Part shown: piece by piece, positions 1-10,351 of the stretch
Layout: each line of letters starts with the position of its first letter
How positions within the stretch are numbered: position 1 is the first letter of the stretch
Assembly (NCBI GenBank): GCA_964016885.1
Contig: CAXHJY010001607.1
Location: 1 to 19,429 of the forward strand
DNA: 19,429 nucleotides
Direction: 5' to 3'
Source of the DNA: Eledone cirrhosa
Lineage: Eukaryota
The notes under the pieces: generated by a model
Database searches by the model: none
What the model was told of the DNA's origin: nothing
What the model saw: only the letters and a program-made list of their open reading frames with translations
Translations under genes and position numbers: made by a program

Positions 1-190
1 CCATCATCGGTATTTCTTCGCATTAAAGACCTGGGTGGTGCGACCAATTATTTAAAAAAGTCTTCTTCTTCTTCTTCTTCTTCTTCTTCTTCTTCTTCTT
101 CTTCTTCTTCTTGTCCCAATAACCTTTTTAGTTATTTCTCGCACCAGCCAGATGTATATTGTCTTTAATGCGAAGAAATATCGATGATGG
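1..190. repeat. Inverted repeat flanking a (TTC)n microsatellite; may extend beyond the window start
   Basis: 1-30 ccatcatcggtatttcttcgcattaaagac is the reverse complement of 161-190 with 1 mismatch. 31-43 pairs with 139-151 with 1 mismatch. (TTC)n lies at 61-112 in the loop. Confidence 0.9.
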
Positions 191-281
191 CTGGAAGATC
201 ACTGATGACGCAGAGTCCTGTATACCTGTTCTATTTTTATTCATATATATCCCATTTGCAATAACGCAGCACACCATTTTT

Positions 282-307
<26 letters not shown>

Positions 308-314
<7 letters not shown>

Positions 315-1187
315 ACTAGAAATTGATTAACATATAAATAAACATGAATAATCACAGGAGATAATTTTTACAAGTGCTAGGTAGGTAACTAAATAAAGTT
401 GACCAGAACTTCAAAAATTGATACCTTATAATATGATTAATCTCCTGTGATTATTCATGTTTATTTATATGTTAATCAATTTCTAGTTAGTATACAATGC
501 TCGGACCTACTCGTTAGAATCTTAGAGCTTATTTTCCGGGTGATATGGCGCATGTCTTTCTGGCATGACACCCATAATTTTGATTTAGATTAAATTCATT
601 TAATTTATCTTAATTTTGAATAGAGATATATAAATACGGCTCCTTAATTGTAGAGCTAACTCTGTTGAAAGGACTCGACTGCTGTTTCTAGTTGTCGATA
701 ACCCTATTCACGCCACTGGGACGAAGCTATTATGATGTGTGTATTTCTAGTAAATACAACACGTGGTGATGGACAGTCGCAGATTTGAACTTGAAGTGTA
801 AACACGGATTGCTGGAACTTCTTCCTTGTTGAAAATCCAAGTCCCCACTTTCGTAGTTTACCATTCGATTAATTGGTGAAATATATTTCTTTAATGGAAT
901 ATATACAGGGAAGATTAAACATATTATAAGGTATCTATTTTTGAAGTTCTAGTCAACTTCATTTAGTTACCTACCTAGCTATGTGTGGTTACACACTTGT
1001 AAAAATTATCTCCTGTGATTATTCATGTTTATTTATATGTTAATCAATTTCTAGTTATTATAATATGCTCGGACCTACTCGTTAGAATCTTAGAGCTTAT
1101 TTTGCGGGTGATATGGCGCATGTCTTTCTGGCACGACACCCATAATTTTGATTTAGATTAAATTTATTTAATTTATCATAATTTTGT
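308..1187. mobile_element. Fold-back/partial-tandem element between (TA)n arrays (family Y copy 1), Penelope-like pLTR architecture
   Basis: Inverted arms at 308-443 and 912-1062 (one ~15-bp indel). Direct repeat at 441-618 and 1008-1187. Flanked by (TA)n at 284-310 and 1188-1211. Homologous to 3169-3780. The repeats are seen directly; the Penelope-like class is inferred. Confidence 0.65.
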
Positions 1188-1627
1188 GTATATATATATA
1201 TTTATATATATAAGAGAGTATTGAAGTTTGCTTGAATCATTGTGGAATAATAAGGTATATATCTTTAAGTCGTTTGGAAGCCTCGACAATGCAGATGTGT
1301 AAATCTCCGGCTAACAAGATCCGGTGGTGGAGAGAGAGATGTAAGTGGGTGTACGTTGAGATGCGTGGCGTGTATAAGACTGTAACGTGTAGAGGAATGA
1401 AGGAAAGAGCATAAAGGATAAAAATGAAAATAACAACACAAGAAAGAGTTACCTTGGGAGAGATTTAATTGTCCCTATATATTCCGGATTCACATCCATC
1501 AAATGGGTTTTTTTCCGGTGGGGGGGATGTTGTCTGTCGGAAAGGTGCGAAACGTGTCCTCCGCTGTTCGTTGTTTTGAATATTCAAAAAACGTTGAAAC
1601 TGGAGGAAGACAGGAAGACGATACTTC

Positions 1628-1906
1628 GGTTCGTGGAAACGTTCACTGGCAAAGAACGGGAAAAAACGAATATAATACATCATTAATTGGAGCGGTGAAA
1701 AACAATTACAGGCAAAGACAAAACCACGTTTATGGTATAAAAGAAGTCGTAGATTAATATTCTATTAGGTGGTTCATAGAGACGTTCTCTGGCAATGAAC
1801 GGAAAAACGAAGATAATACGTCATATGTGGAGCGTGGAGAACATTTGCACGCAAAGACAAAACCACGTAAATGGTATAACATTAGTCGTAGACTAAAATT
1901 CTATTC
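1628..1906 (+). repeat. Diverged tandem duplication, ~140-bp unit, inside a probable repeat element (1212-1980)
   Basis: ggttcgtggaaacgttcactggcaaagaacgg...gcaaagacaaaaccacgt...agtcgtagattaatattctatt (1628-1766) is repeated as ggttcatagagacgttctctggcaatgaacgg...gcaaagacaaaaccacgt...agtcgtagactaaaattctatt (1771-1906). Confidence 0.9.
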
Positions 1907-2118
1907 GGAAACCGAATGATTCTCGGCTTCAGAGTTATGAATAAAGTAAATAAAATAGAGAGGTAAATTAAATAAAATAAATACATACACGCATCCATAT
2001 ACGTACATACACAAGCATACGCGAAAACACTCGCCATAGGTATACAAATACACGCACGTACACACACACACAAAAAAAAGCACCGATTCTTTGCTTAAAC
2101 TTTAATCTGTTATTTTAA

Positions 2119-2159
<41 letters not shown>

Positions 2160-2903
2160 AAGCAATCAAATCTGGTTCGACATGGGATGAAATCCAGTAG
2201 GTATAACTTTCGTTACCAAACTGCTTGAAACAACAGCTGATAAAAATCCTGTTTATTTTAAAGTGTTTATATTCATCTAAGAAACATTATAACCTATGTT
2301 AAGACATTAGTTATGTGCTCTTCCAGATAGTAGCTTCATAACATGTTAGTTATGACACTAAATACCAACATTTATTGCTATGTTGCCATTATCAAACTAA
2401 TGAAATGATGGGGAGAAAATTAATTACTAAATAACCAAATAACATTCATCAATTATTTCTAGTTATGTCTGGCTTCTGTAGATATTACTCGTCTTCGTAA
2501 CCTGTCAAATAACGTATTTCTCTATAGATTTATGTAGAAACAACTGAATGAATTTAATCTACATCACTTAGTCATTCCAACTAAGTGGCTATTCTGTTAT
2601 TCTAATATGACGTAAATAAGATCCTTGTAGCTCCAACCAATCTTCAAACTCTCAGCAGACACCTTAAACAGGCCACTACCCATGATTCATAACAAACCAA
2701 ACCGTACTGATCTTTCGAAATTGGCAAATCAAACGCTAAACTCCCATCCTCTCGGACTCTGCCTGCCTAACGTGACCGCAAGAGCGACCTAATGCAAAGA
2801 TAGACGTTATCATTTTGCAGTTGACATATCACGTAATCTCTACAATGTCTACAAAATAAAGTCAAGGCTATCGTTATCTTCAGTTTCAGCGATAGGGATA
2901 GGC

Positions 2904-2904
<1 letters not shown>

Positions 2905-2972
<68 letters not shown>

Positions 2973-2984
2973 CATATATATATA
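2905..2984. repeat. (TA)n microsatellite
   Basis: Direct inspection. Confidence 0.98.
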
Positions 2985-3172
2985 TTAGAAAGTGAAGTTT
3001 TTTTTACAAAATGAAAAGTAACAGAGATGTCCTACACGAGTGAAAGTATAAAGAAAAAAAGATGAAATCGAAAATGCAACTGGAGTCTTATTTTTAAATA
3101 TATATATATATTTATTTGGTTCCTTTACCGGTTTCGCAGTTCTTCTGATTTTAAAAAGTAGAGTTGAGATTG
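2985..3172 (-). mobile_element. Dispersed repeat terminus abutting (TA)n (family X copy 1)
   Basis: Shares ttagaaa...tttacaaaatgaaaa, aaagatgaaatcgaaaatgcaactggagtctt and tatttatttggttcctttaccggtttcgcagttctt with 13598-13750. Both copies begin at the same base right after a (TA)n array. Strand is inferred from the hammerhead-like motif. Confidence 0.8.
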
Positions 3173-3780
3173 GCATATATATATATATATCTAAAATAAA
3201 CACATGAAACAATCACAGGTGATAATTTGTAAGGTGTGTAAGCATACACAGCTAGGTAGGTAACCAATTAAAGTTTAACTAGAACTTCAAATATAGATAC
3301 CTTTTAAAAATGATTAATCTTCCTTGTATATATTTCATTATACGATGTGTGTAGTTTTAGAAAGGCAACACGTGCGACAGGTCATTCGCAGATTTGCATT
3401 TGATGTGTAAACACAGATAATTAAATCTTCTCCCTTGCTGAAGATACGAGATTTGACTACTGTGGGGTTATGGATTAATGGTGAAATATATTTCTTTAAT
3501 GAAATATATACAAGAAAGATTAATCATTTTTAAATGATATATATATTTGAAATTTTAGTTAAACTTTAATTGGTTACCTATCTAGCTGTGTGTGCTTACA
3601 CAATTTACAAATAATCCCCTGTGATTGTTTTATATGTTTAGTTTAGATATATATATATATGCCAATAAATTTCTAGTTGATATAAAGTGCTCGGATCTAT
3701 TCATTAGAATCTTTGAACTTATTCTACCGTGGATATGGCCCATGTCTCGCGCATGACTCGCTTAATTTAATTTTGGATAT
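3169..3780. mobile_element. Fold-back element (family Y copy 2)
   Basis: Inverted arms at 3169-3340 and 3497-3666 (attggc-(at)n...catta / taatg...(at)n-gccaat) with a 156-bp spacer. 3341-3780 aligns with 731-1160. Confidence 0.8.
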
Positions 3781-4371
3781 ACATATATGTATAAATATAT
3801 GGATGTATATATATGTGTGTGTGTGTGTGTTTGCCGGTGTGTTTGTCTCTGTGTGTGTAGGTTTGCATGTCTATGTACTTATATTAGATGAACAGATATG
3901 AAACCATGCAGGGTACGTTTTTACTTCTAGTATGAAATATATATATATAATTAAAAAACATTAATTATCATTTCTCCATCGACCCAAGTGATACATATGT
4001 ATATTTGAATTCTACATTTTTTTAATAGCTTAAACGTACGTCATTATTTATATAATTATATACCAAATACATTATATTAATATCATATAGGACTTATCTT
4101 GAAGTCAGGAAGCATACGCACACATACGGTTACGGTAGGAGATTCATTGGCTTAAACAAGATAACTCTCAAAAATGAACAAATACTATAGTTTTGTTAAT
4201 ATTTTTTTAAATATAAAGTTCAATAATTTCGAAAATTTCACTGGTCGAATACACTAACATTTGCTTTAATTTTCTATTGTTTCCTCCATTTATAGGATAT
4301 TATAAAACATTTCATTTATTGTCTTTTTGAACAACTTGGAATTTTGATTATTTATTTCATGGATAAATAAT

Positions 4372-4586
4372 GGTTTCTTATATAGGCACAAGGCCAGCAA
4401 TTTTGAGGGATGGGAAAGTCGATTAAATCGACCCCAGTGCGTGACTGGTACTTTATTTTATCAACCCCGTAAGGATGAAAGGCAAAGTTAACCTCGACGT
4501 GATTTGAACTCAGATCATAAAAGGCCGTAACTCTTTGCTGAAAAGCATGGCGTTCGACCCTTTACGGTACTGCCAATCCACTGCTC
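4372..4586 (-). mobile_element. tRNA-derived SINE with Meta-domain-like central region, with a 19-bp TSD
   Basis: The minus strand has A-box-like TGGCAG, B-box GAGTTCAAATC, then ctttgcctttcatccttacggggttgataaaataaagtaccagt and the tail ggccttgtgcc...gaaacca. A perfect direct repeat tatttcatggataaataat lies at 4353-4371 and 4587-4605. Homologous to 7441, 12168 and 12424. Confidence 0.9.
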
Positions 4587-4902
4587 TATTTCATGGATAA
4601 ATAATAAATGCTACAACACAACCTGTTCTTTAAGGTAATTTATATTCCAAGACGGTATAAACATTTGCTGCTTCATAAAGTAGACATTTCGTGGCAACGT
4701 GAAAAATTATTGAAATCAGAGTAAATTTCGAAATACTTTTTTTTCTCTAAACAGGTTCTGTGCTTCTGCAAATCTATTCCTCTATTGAGAACGGACATAA
4801 TGCCCGTCAGATATTTGTAAAATTTGTCGATAACTTCTTTATCCAGTGTAAACCTCTTATAATGAATGTAGAGATATACATTCAAATAATAAGTTAACAA
4901 TT

Positions 4903-5235
4903 TGTTATACTACGTCGCTTAGGATAATAAATGGTTCAGTTGTTCAAACAATGGTTGAGCCTACTCGCGATATGTGACTCTAAATTCTACAAATTCATGT
5001 GCCCTCAACAAAGTTGACAGGGAGTTTCAATTGGAGATGTATACGTGAAAATAAAAAGCGAAAAAAAAAAAAAAGAGTATATTGACATCAAGTAAAATTA
5101 ATTGACTGGCCTGAAACTGTATGAAACGTAGTGTCGTGCTCATGGACACCATGTGTGACCCGACCTGGAAATTAAAATCATAAACCAAAACATCGTAAGC
5201 CAAACACACTTCTCACTAAAGCGCGCACCTTCACA
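4903..5235 (-). mobile_element. Second tRNA-derived SINE family (CORE-like), old near-full-length copy
   Basis: The minus strand reads gtgaaggtgcgcgctttagtgag...tggtgtccatgagcacgacact...gagggcacatg...aacaactgaacc. It is colinear with the plus-strand copy at 11119-11417 and the tail at 7808-7871. Confidence 0.7.
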
Positions 5236-5599
5236 AATCATATAGAAACATACGTTATACCAGATCTCATGATTGATATGAATTATCAAAGACTTCCAAT
5301 ATAGTGCCGAGGATAAAAAGTTAAATAAATAAAAAAATTACAAAAGACAAAAATGAAATAAATTATTCAATAGAAATAAAATGTACTGAAGTAAATAAAC
5401 ATAATCTTAGACTTTAGTTCTAGGTAAGAAAACAATTACTTAGGTTTCTATAGTTAACCTAAGTTGCGACAGGAATCTATGTGTCAAATCCAATGTTCCT
5501 CACATGCTAAATTCATTAGCGTTGTTAAATTTACTCTCATGAGAATACGGTGGTGTCAGCAATACATTTTCGTTCGATATCTATTGTTCTCTATATAAC

Positions 5600-5608
5600 T
5601 ATAATGTG

Positions 5609-5639
<31 letters not shown>

Positions 5640-5744
5640 ATGTATGTATGTATATATATATATATTTATACATATATATACACACACGCACACACACATA
5701 TATATATATATTCATATATTTATATAAACGTATGTAGTTGTACA

Positions 5745-5810
<66 letters not shown>

Positions 5811-5814
5811 CATG

Positions 5815-5907
<93 letters not shown>

Positions 5908-6003
5908 CGTATATACACACAAACACACGCACACCCACAGACACCCACACACACACATATATATATATATTCATATATTTATATAAACGTGTGTAGTTGT
6001 ACA

Positions 6004-6055
<52 letters not shown>

Positions 6056-6067
6056 TGTGTGTGCATG

Positions 6068-6125
<58 letters not shown>

Positions 6126-6256
6126 CATATATACACACAAACACACGCACACACACAGACACCCACACACACACATATATATATTCATATATTTATATAA
6201 ACGTATGTTTGTTTGTACGTATATATATATATATGTATTTCTTTATAAGGGAAGGA

Positions 6257-6293
<37 letters not shown>
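5600..6293. repeat. Compound (TA)/(CA)/(CT)/(TG) microsatellite with higher-order repeat
   Basis: The anchor ttcatatatttatataaacg recurs at 5711, 5970 and 6184. tagttgtacat(ct)n and acacacaaacacacgcacac..acagacacccac are also duplicated. Confidence 0.92.
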
Positions 6294-6299
<6 letters not shown>

Positions 6300-6549
6300 G
6301 TTTATATTTACTATTTTTGTATATGTGTGTATGCATGTGTAAGTGAGGGTGTGTGTATACAGAGAGAGACAGAAGAAAGAAACGGAGAGCTTATATGATT
6401 TCTACATGTTAATAGCAATCTAGACTATATGATGTATGAGGTCATTTCGAGTATCCATTACAAATAACACAATGGAATATTCTGAAAAGTAAAAAAAAAA
6501 AAAAAAAAAAACCAGAAAAGTAATAAAAATTATGGCGTTACTATTTTGA

Positions 6550-6646
6550 TGCTGTTGTTGGTGGTTTTGGTGGTTGTGATGGTGGTGGTCGTTTTGGTGG
6601 AAGTAGATATGGTGGTGGCGTCATAATCATCATCACCATCATCATT
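6550..6646. repeat. Degenerate (GGT/GTT)n then (CAT)n triplet tract
   Basis: Direct inspection. Confidence 0.75.
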
Positions 6647-6706
6647 CCAATGCTCAAAATACTATTTTAATTCCAATTTTATTACTACGGCAATAACAAA
6701 ATGGCA

Positions 6707-6709
6707 ACA

Positions 6710-6772
<63 letters not shown>

Positions 6773-6788
6773 ACTACTACTGGTACTG

Positions 6789-6841
<53 letters not shown>

Positions 6842-6860
6842 GGTACTGCTGCTGCTGATG

Positions 6861-6934
<74 letters not shown>

Positions 6935-6950
6935 ACTACTACTGGTACTG

Positions 6951-6982
<32 letters not shown>

Positions 6983-6995
6983 GGTACTGCTGCTG

Positions 6996-7090
<95 letters not shown>

Positions 7091-7094
7091 GCTG

Positions 7095-7153
<59 letters not shown>

Positions 7154-7220
7154 GCTGCTGCTGCTACTAATACTACTACTACTACTACTACTTCTACTAC
7201 TACTACTACTTCTGCTGCTG

Positions 7221-7259
<39 letters not shown>

Positions 7260-7280
7260 ATACTACTACTGCTGCTGCTG

Positions 7281-7339
<59 letters not shown>

Positions 7340-7354
7340 GCTGCTGCTACTACT
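6707..7354. repeat. Long (ACT)n array interrupted by (GCT)n blocks and rare GGT/GAT/AAT/TCT variants
   Basis: About 650 bp in triplet phase throughout. It produces the poly-T/A, poly-L and poly-V ORFs. Confidence 0.98.
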
Positions 7355-7440
7355 CTTGCAGATTCTGCTGCAGTTAACGTTTTTATCACAATTGTTTTGT
7401 TATATTGTTGTCATCGTAATATATCCACCATTATCAACTT

Positions 7441-7622
7441 CGTAATATCGGTAGAAGGTCGGACGCCATGATTTGCATTATAGAGTTACGCCCCTTTACA
7501 TTCTGTGTTCAAATCCCGCCGCGGTTAACTTTCCCTTTCATCCTTCCGATGTCGATAAAATAAAGTACCAGTAATGCACTGGGATAATTGCTGGCCTTGT
7601 GCAAAACATCGAAACAATTGTT
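7441..7622 (+). mobile_element. Meta-domain-like tRNA SINE, internally deleted copy
   Basis: gtgttcaaatcccgccgcggttaactttccctttcatccttccgatgtcgataaaataaagtaccagt...cactggg is joined to aattgctggccttgtgc. It lacks the gtcgatttaatcgac segment seen in the other copies. Confidence 0.85.
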
Positions 7623-7624
7623 AT

Positions 7625-7805
7625 CATAAACACAATGATAACACCAGCATCAATATCAACACCCCCACCACCACTACCACCATCACTAGCTTTGTCATCA
7701 TCATCACCATCATCATCATCATTAACATAGTCATTATCAACAAGATCAACGCGATCACTGCCACCAGCACCACAATAGGTGCCACACCCTCCCCTAGCAC
7801 CAACA
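7625..7805. repeat. Degenerate (CAT/CAC/CAA)n triplet tract
   Basis: Direct inspection. Confidence 0.8.
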
Positions 7806-7807
7806 AA

Positions 7808-7871
7808 AGCATGCTGTTGAGGCGTTCAAATCAATTGGAACAGTCATCGTCGTAACCAACGGTTGTCCAAT
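7808..7871 (+). mobile_element. 3' tail fragment of the second (CORE-like) SINE family or of its partner LINE
   Basis: agcatgctgtt...atcaattggaacagtcatcgtcgtaaccaacgg matches the ends of the other copies: acaactggaacactcg at ~11401 and aacaactgaacc...ctaagcgacg on the minus strand at ~4912-4945. Confidence 0.6.
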
Positions 7872-8229
7872 AGACACACACATATACATTATTGTTTTTT
7901 TAAATGTTATCCTTTAACAATTGTTGTTGGTGTTCTTGTTATTATACTTGATTTATCGTACAAATGACATATGACATTTAGCCAGAGTCTCTCATTCATG
8001 ACATCAAACTCAATAATCTGCCCTCCTTTATTCACTCTCTACATCGCTTTTTTCTTTCTCCCTATGTAGCTCTTATCTTTCTACTTGCTACTATTCAATT
8101 CCTTCATCGCTCACTCTCGCCCCTCCTCCTAACGACTGACTAAAAATTAAATCACTCAACTTCCAGTTGAATATATCTCACATAATGGAAAATTCTACTT
8201 CTTAACAAAATTACAACTGTACTTTGTGG

Positions 8230-8274
8230 ATATATGTATATACACACACAGACAGACAGATACACACACACACC

Positions 8275-8322
<48 letters not shown>

Positions 8323-8331
8323 AATGTATAT

Positions 8332-8388
<57 letters not shown>

Positions 8389-8657
8389 TATATACACACA
8401 TGTATGTATATATATGTATATATATATATATATACATACACATACACACACATACATATATATATGCATACATAGATATAGTGTCAAGAGTTTCCGTAGG
8501 ATAGGTAATTGAAAGTGAGCGTTGTATGTTACATACTGGGGTAAGGTAGACTCACTCATTCACACACACATACATAAATATATACATACATACATATACA
8601 GTGGAGGATACATTCACATATAGACATGGCGTATCCATACATATATAGACATGGAGT

Positions 8658-8699
<42 letters not shown>

Positions 8700-8702
8700 T
8701 CT

Positions 8703-8741
<39 letters not shown>

Positions 8742-8760
8742 TTATATATATACATGTGTA
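8230..8760. repeat. Compound (TA)/(CA) microsatellite region, including a 24-bp tandem duplication (catatatagacatgg.gtat.cata) at ~8615-8665
   Basis: Direct inspection. Confidence 0.9.
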
Positions 8761-8988
8761 TGCTAAGTGTCTATAAGTGTATGAACGCATGAGTACCAGT
8801 AATTAAGGATTATTTCGGGCGACGCTCTTGAGATCTATATATACGTTAGGACAGCGTGCATGACATTTAAAATAGATTTACTTATGCTATAAATCCACAT
8901 ACTTGCAAAATACAATATGCATTTTGAAAATTGAGAAAGGTAAATGAAATCTAATTTTCACTCCTTGTATATACACAGAACCCCCGCT

Positions 8989-9053
<65 letters not shown>

Positions 9054-9143
9054 TACAAGTGAGTCCCGGTTTCAATCGGAGAAAACCGTAAGTTACTCAA
9101 TACATTATACATTAGTAGAATGTAAACATCAAATCAGATATAG

Positions 9144-9208
9144 AAATGGTTTCTACAGGACTAGAACTGTTTCATTTAAATGAAACCATTCTAGTCCACT
9201 AGAAGCCA

Positions 9209-9211
<3 letters not shown>
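9144..9211. repeat. Spacerless imperfect palindrome, 34-bp arms
   Basis: aaatggtttctacaggactagaactgtttcattt | aaatgaaaccattctagtccactagaagccattt, with 29/34 positions complementary. It abuts (CT)n-(TA)n at 9212-9300. Confidence 0.88.
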
Positions 9212-9300
<89 letters not shown>

Positions 9301-9302
<2 letters not shown>

Positions 9303-9980
9303 TTTCTGATTTTTGCGTTTCGTTTCGCTTTTCCTGCCCGCCGAAAATGCGATTCTCGCTGAATCTTAATTTGTATTAATCTCCTGTGTCTTACAATTAA
9401 CTTGTTAATAATTTCTATTGACATATTTATTGTATAAGTTCATTTTAAACTACTTGGTTGAGAACTTATTCAATATGTGCTATTTATGCTATTTTTCGCA
9501 TGATTTACACCAACTGAATTAATTTGCCAAAATCTTGGGTTATTCCCCTATGATTTCCACACGTGGTTTAACTTACCACTGTGTCATTTACTTATTTGGT
9601 ACAGACCGAAATACCTGTTGATAACGTGATATTCCTTGTTCGATCGTTATACACAAAGCTTATATTTTTAAGCAGACTGTATTTTGTCTTAGCTGTCACA
9701 GAAACTCTACATCGGATTTTAACAGCAATTCCGGGAGTCCAGGTCTGGGTGTCATTTATATTTTATCATTTATTTTGTTTTGACCCGTTTAGCTTGATTT
9801 GGTTTTTGGCTTGGGTGGTTAATGCTTTCTTGACCACCTTTTCAGTTTTGTATGGCTTCTTAACACATTGTTTAGCTCTGGTGTTTAACTATTGAGCACT
9901 TTGCCAGTATCATTTCTGATTTTTGCGTTTCGCTTCGCTTTTCCTGCCAGCCGAAAATGCGATTCTCGCTGAAACTTTAT

Positions 9981-9986
<6 letters not shown>
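9301..9986. mobile_element. Element between (TA)n arrays with ~75-bp terminal direct repeats
   Basis: catttctgatttttgcgtttcg.ttcgcttttcctgcc.gccgaaaatgcgattctcgctgaa occurs at 9301-9363 and 9911-9973, with weaker similarity for ~12 more bp. (TA)n lies on both sides. Confidence 0.7.
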
Positions 9987-10031
<45 letters not shown>

Positions 10032-10200
10032 TGTGAAATAATTTCGTCGGAAAGGTCCAGGAAAAAAGACTGCTCTATGTAGGTTGCGCTGAATCTATAT
10101 TTGAATATATATATATATATATATATATTCAATAAAGATTCAGCGTAACCTACATAGAGCACTCTTTTTTCCTGGACCTTTCCGACGAAATTATTTCACA
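10032..10200. repeat. Near-perfect palindrome centred on (TA)n and flanked by (TA)n
   Basis: 10032-10106 tgtgaaataatttcgtcggaaaggtccaggaaaaaagactgctctatgtaggttgcgctgaatct.. is the reverse complement of 10127-10200 with only a few differences. The self-complementary (TA)n fills the centre. Confidence 0.95.
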
Positions 10201-10286
10201 TATATATATATATATATACGTATACACACGTATACGTATATATATATATATACGCACATATATAATATTTTATTCATATATACCTA

Positions 10287-10328
<42 letters not shown>

Positions 10329-10351
10329 ATCATATCTAGATTTCTAGTTAC

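Noticed and set aside
165-220. Exact CTGATGA at 202-208 as a hammerhead core
   Set aside because: There is no downstream stem II plus GAAA, and a permuted topology using the upstream GAAA fails to form stems I and II in register.
730-900. Possible Penelope RT/GIY-YIG coding remnant (PRVVFT on the minus strand)
   Set aside because: It is a single short motif with no supporting conserved residues.
4372-4586. tRNA genes suggested by A/B boxes
   Set aside because: No cloverleaf can be formed; the boxes belong to SINE heads.
5550-6346. YI/IY-, HT- and CV-repeat ORFs here and at 8152-8559, 13383-13686, 14461-14850, 15466-15837 and 16116-16776
   Set aside because: They are translations of stop-free dinucleotide microsatellites, with no coding signal.
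6685-7445. Poly-Val and poly-Leu ORFs
   Set aside because: They are alternative frames of the ACT/GCT array.
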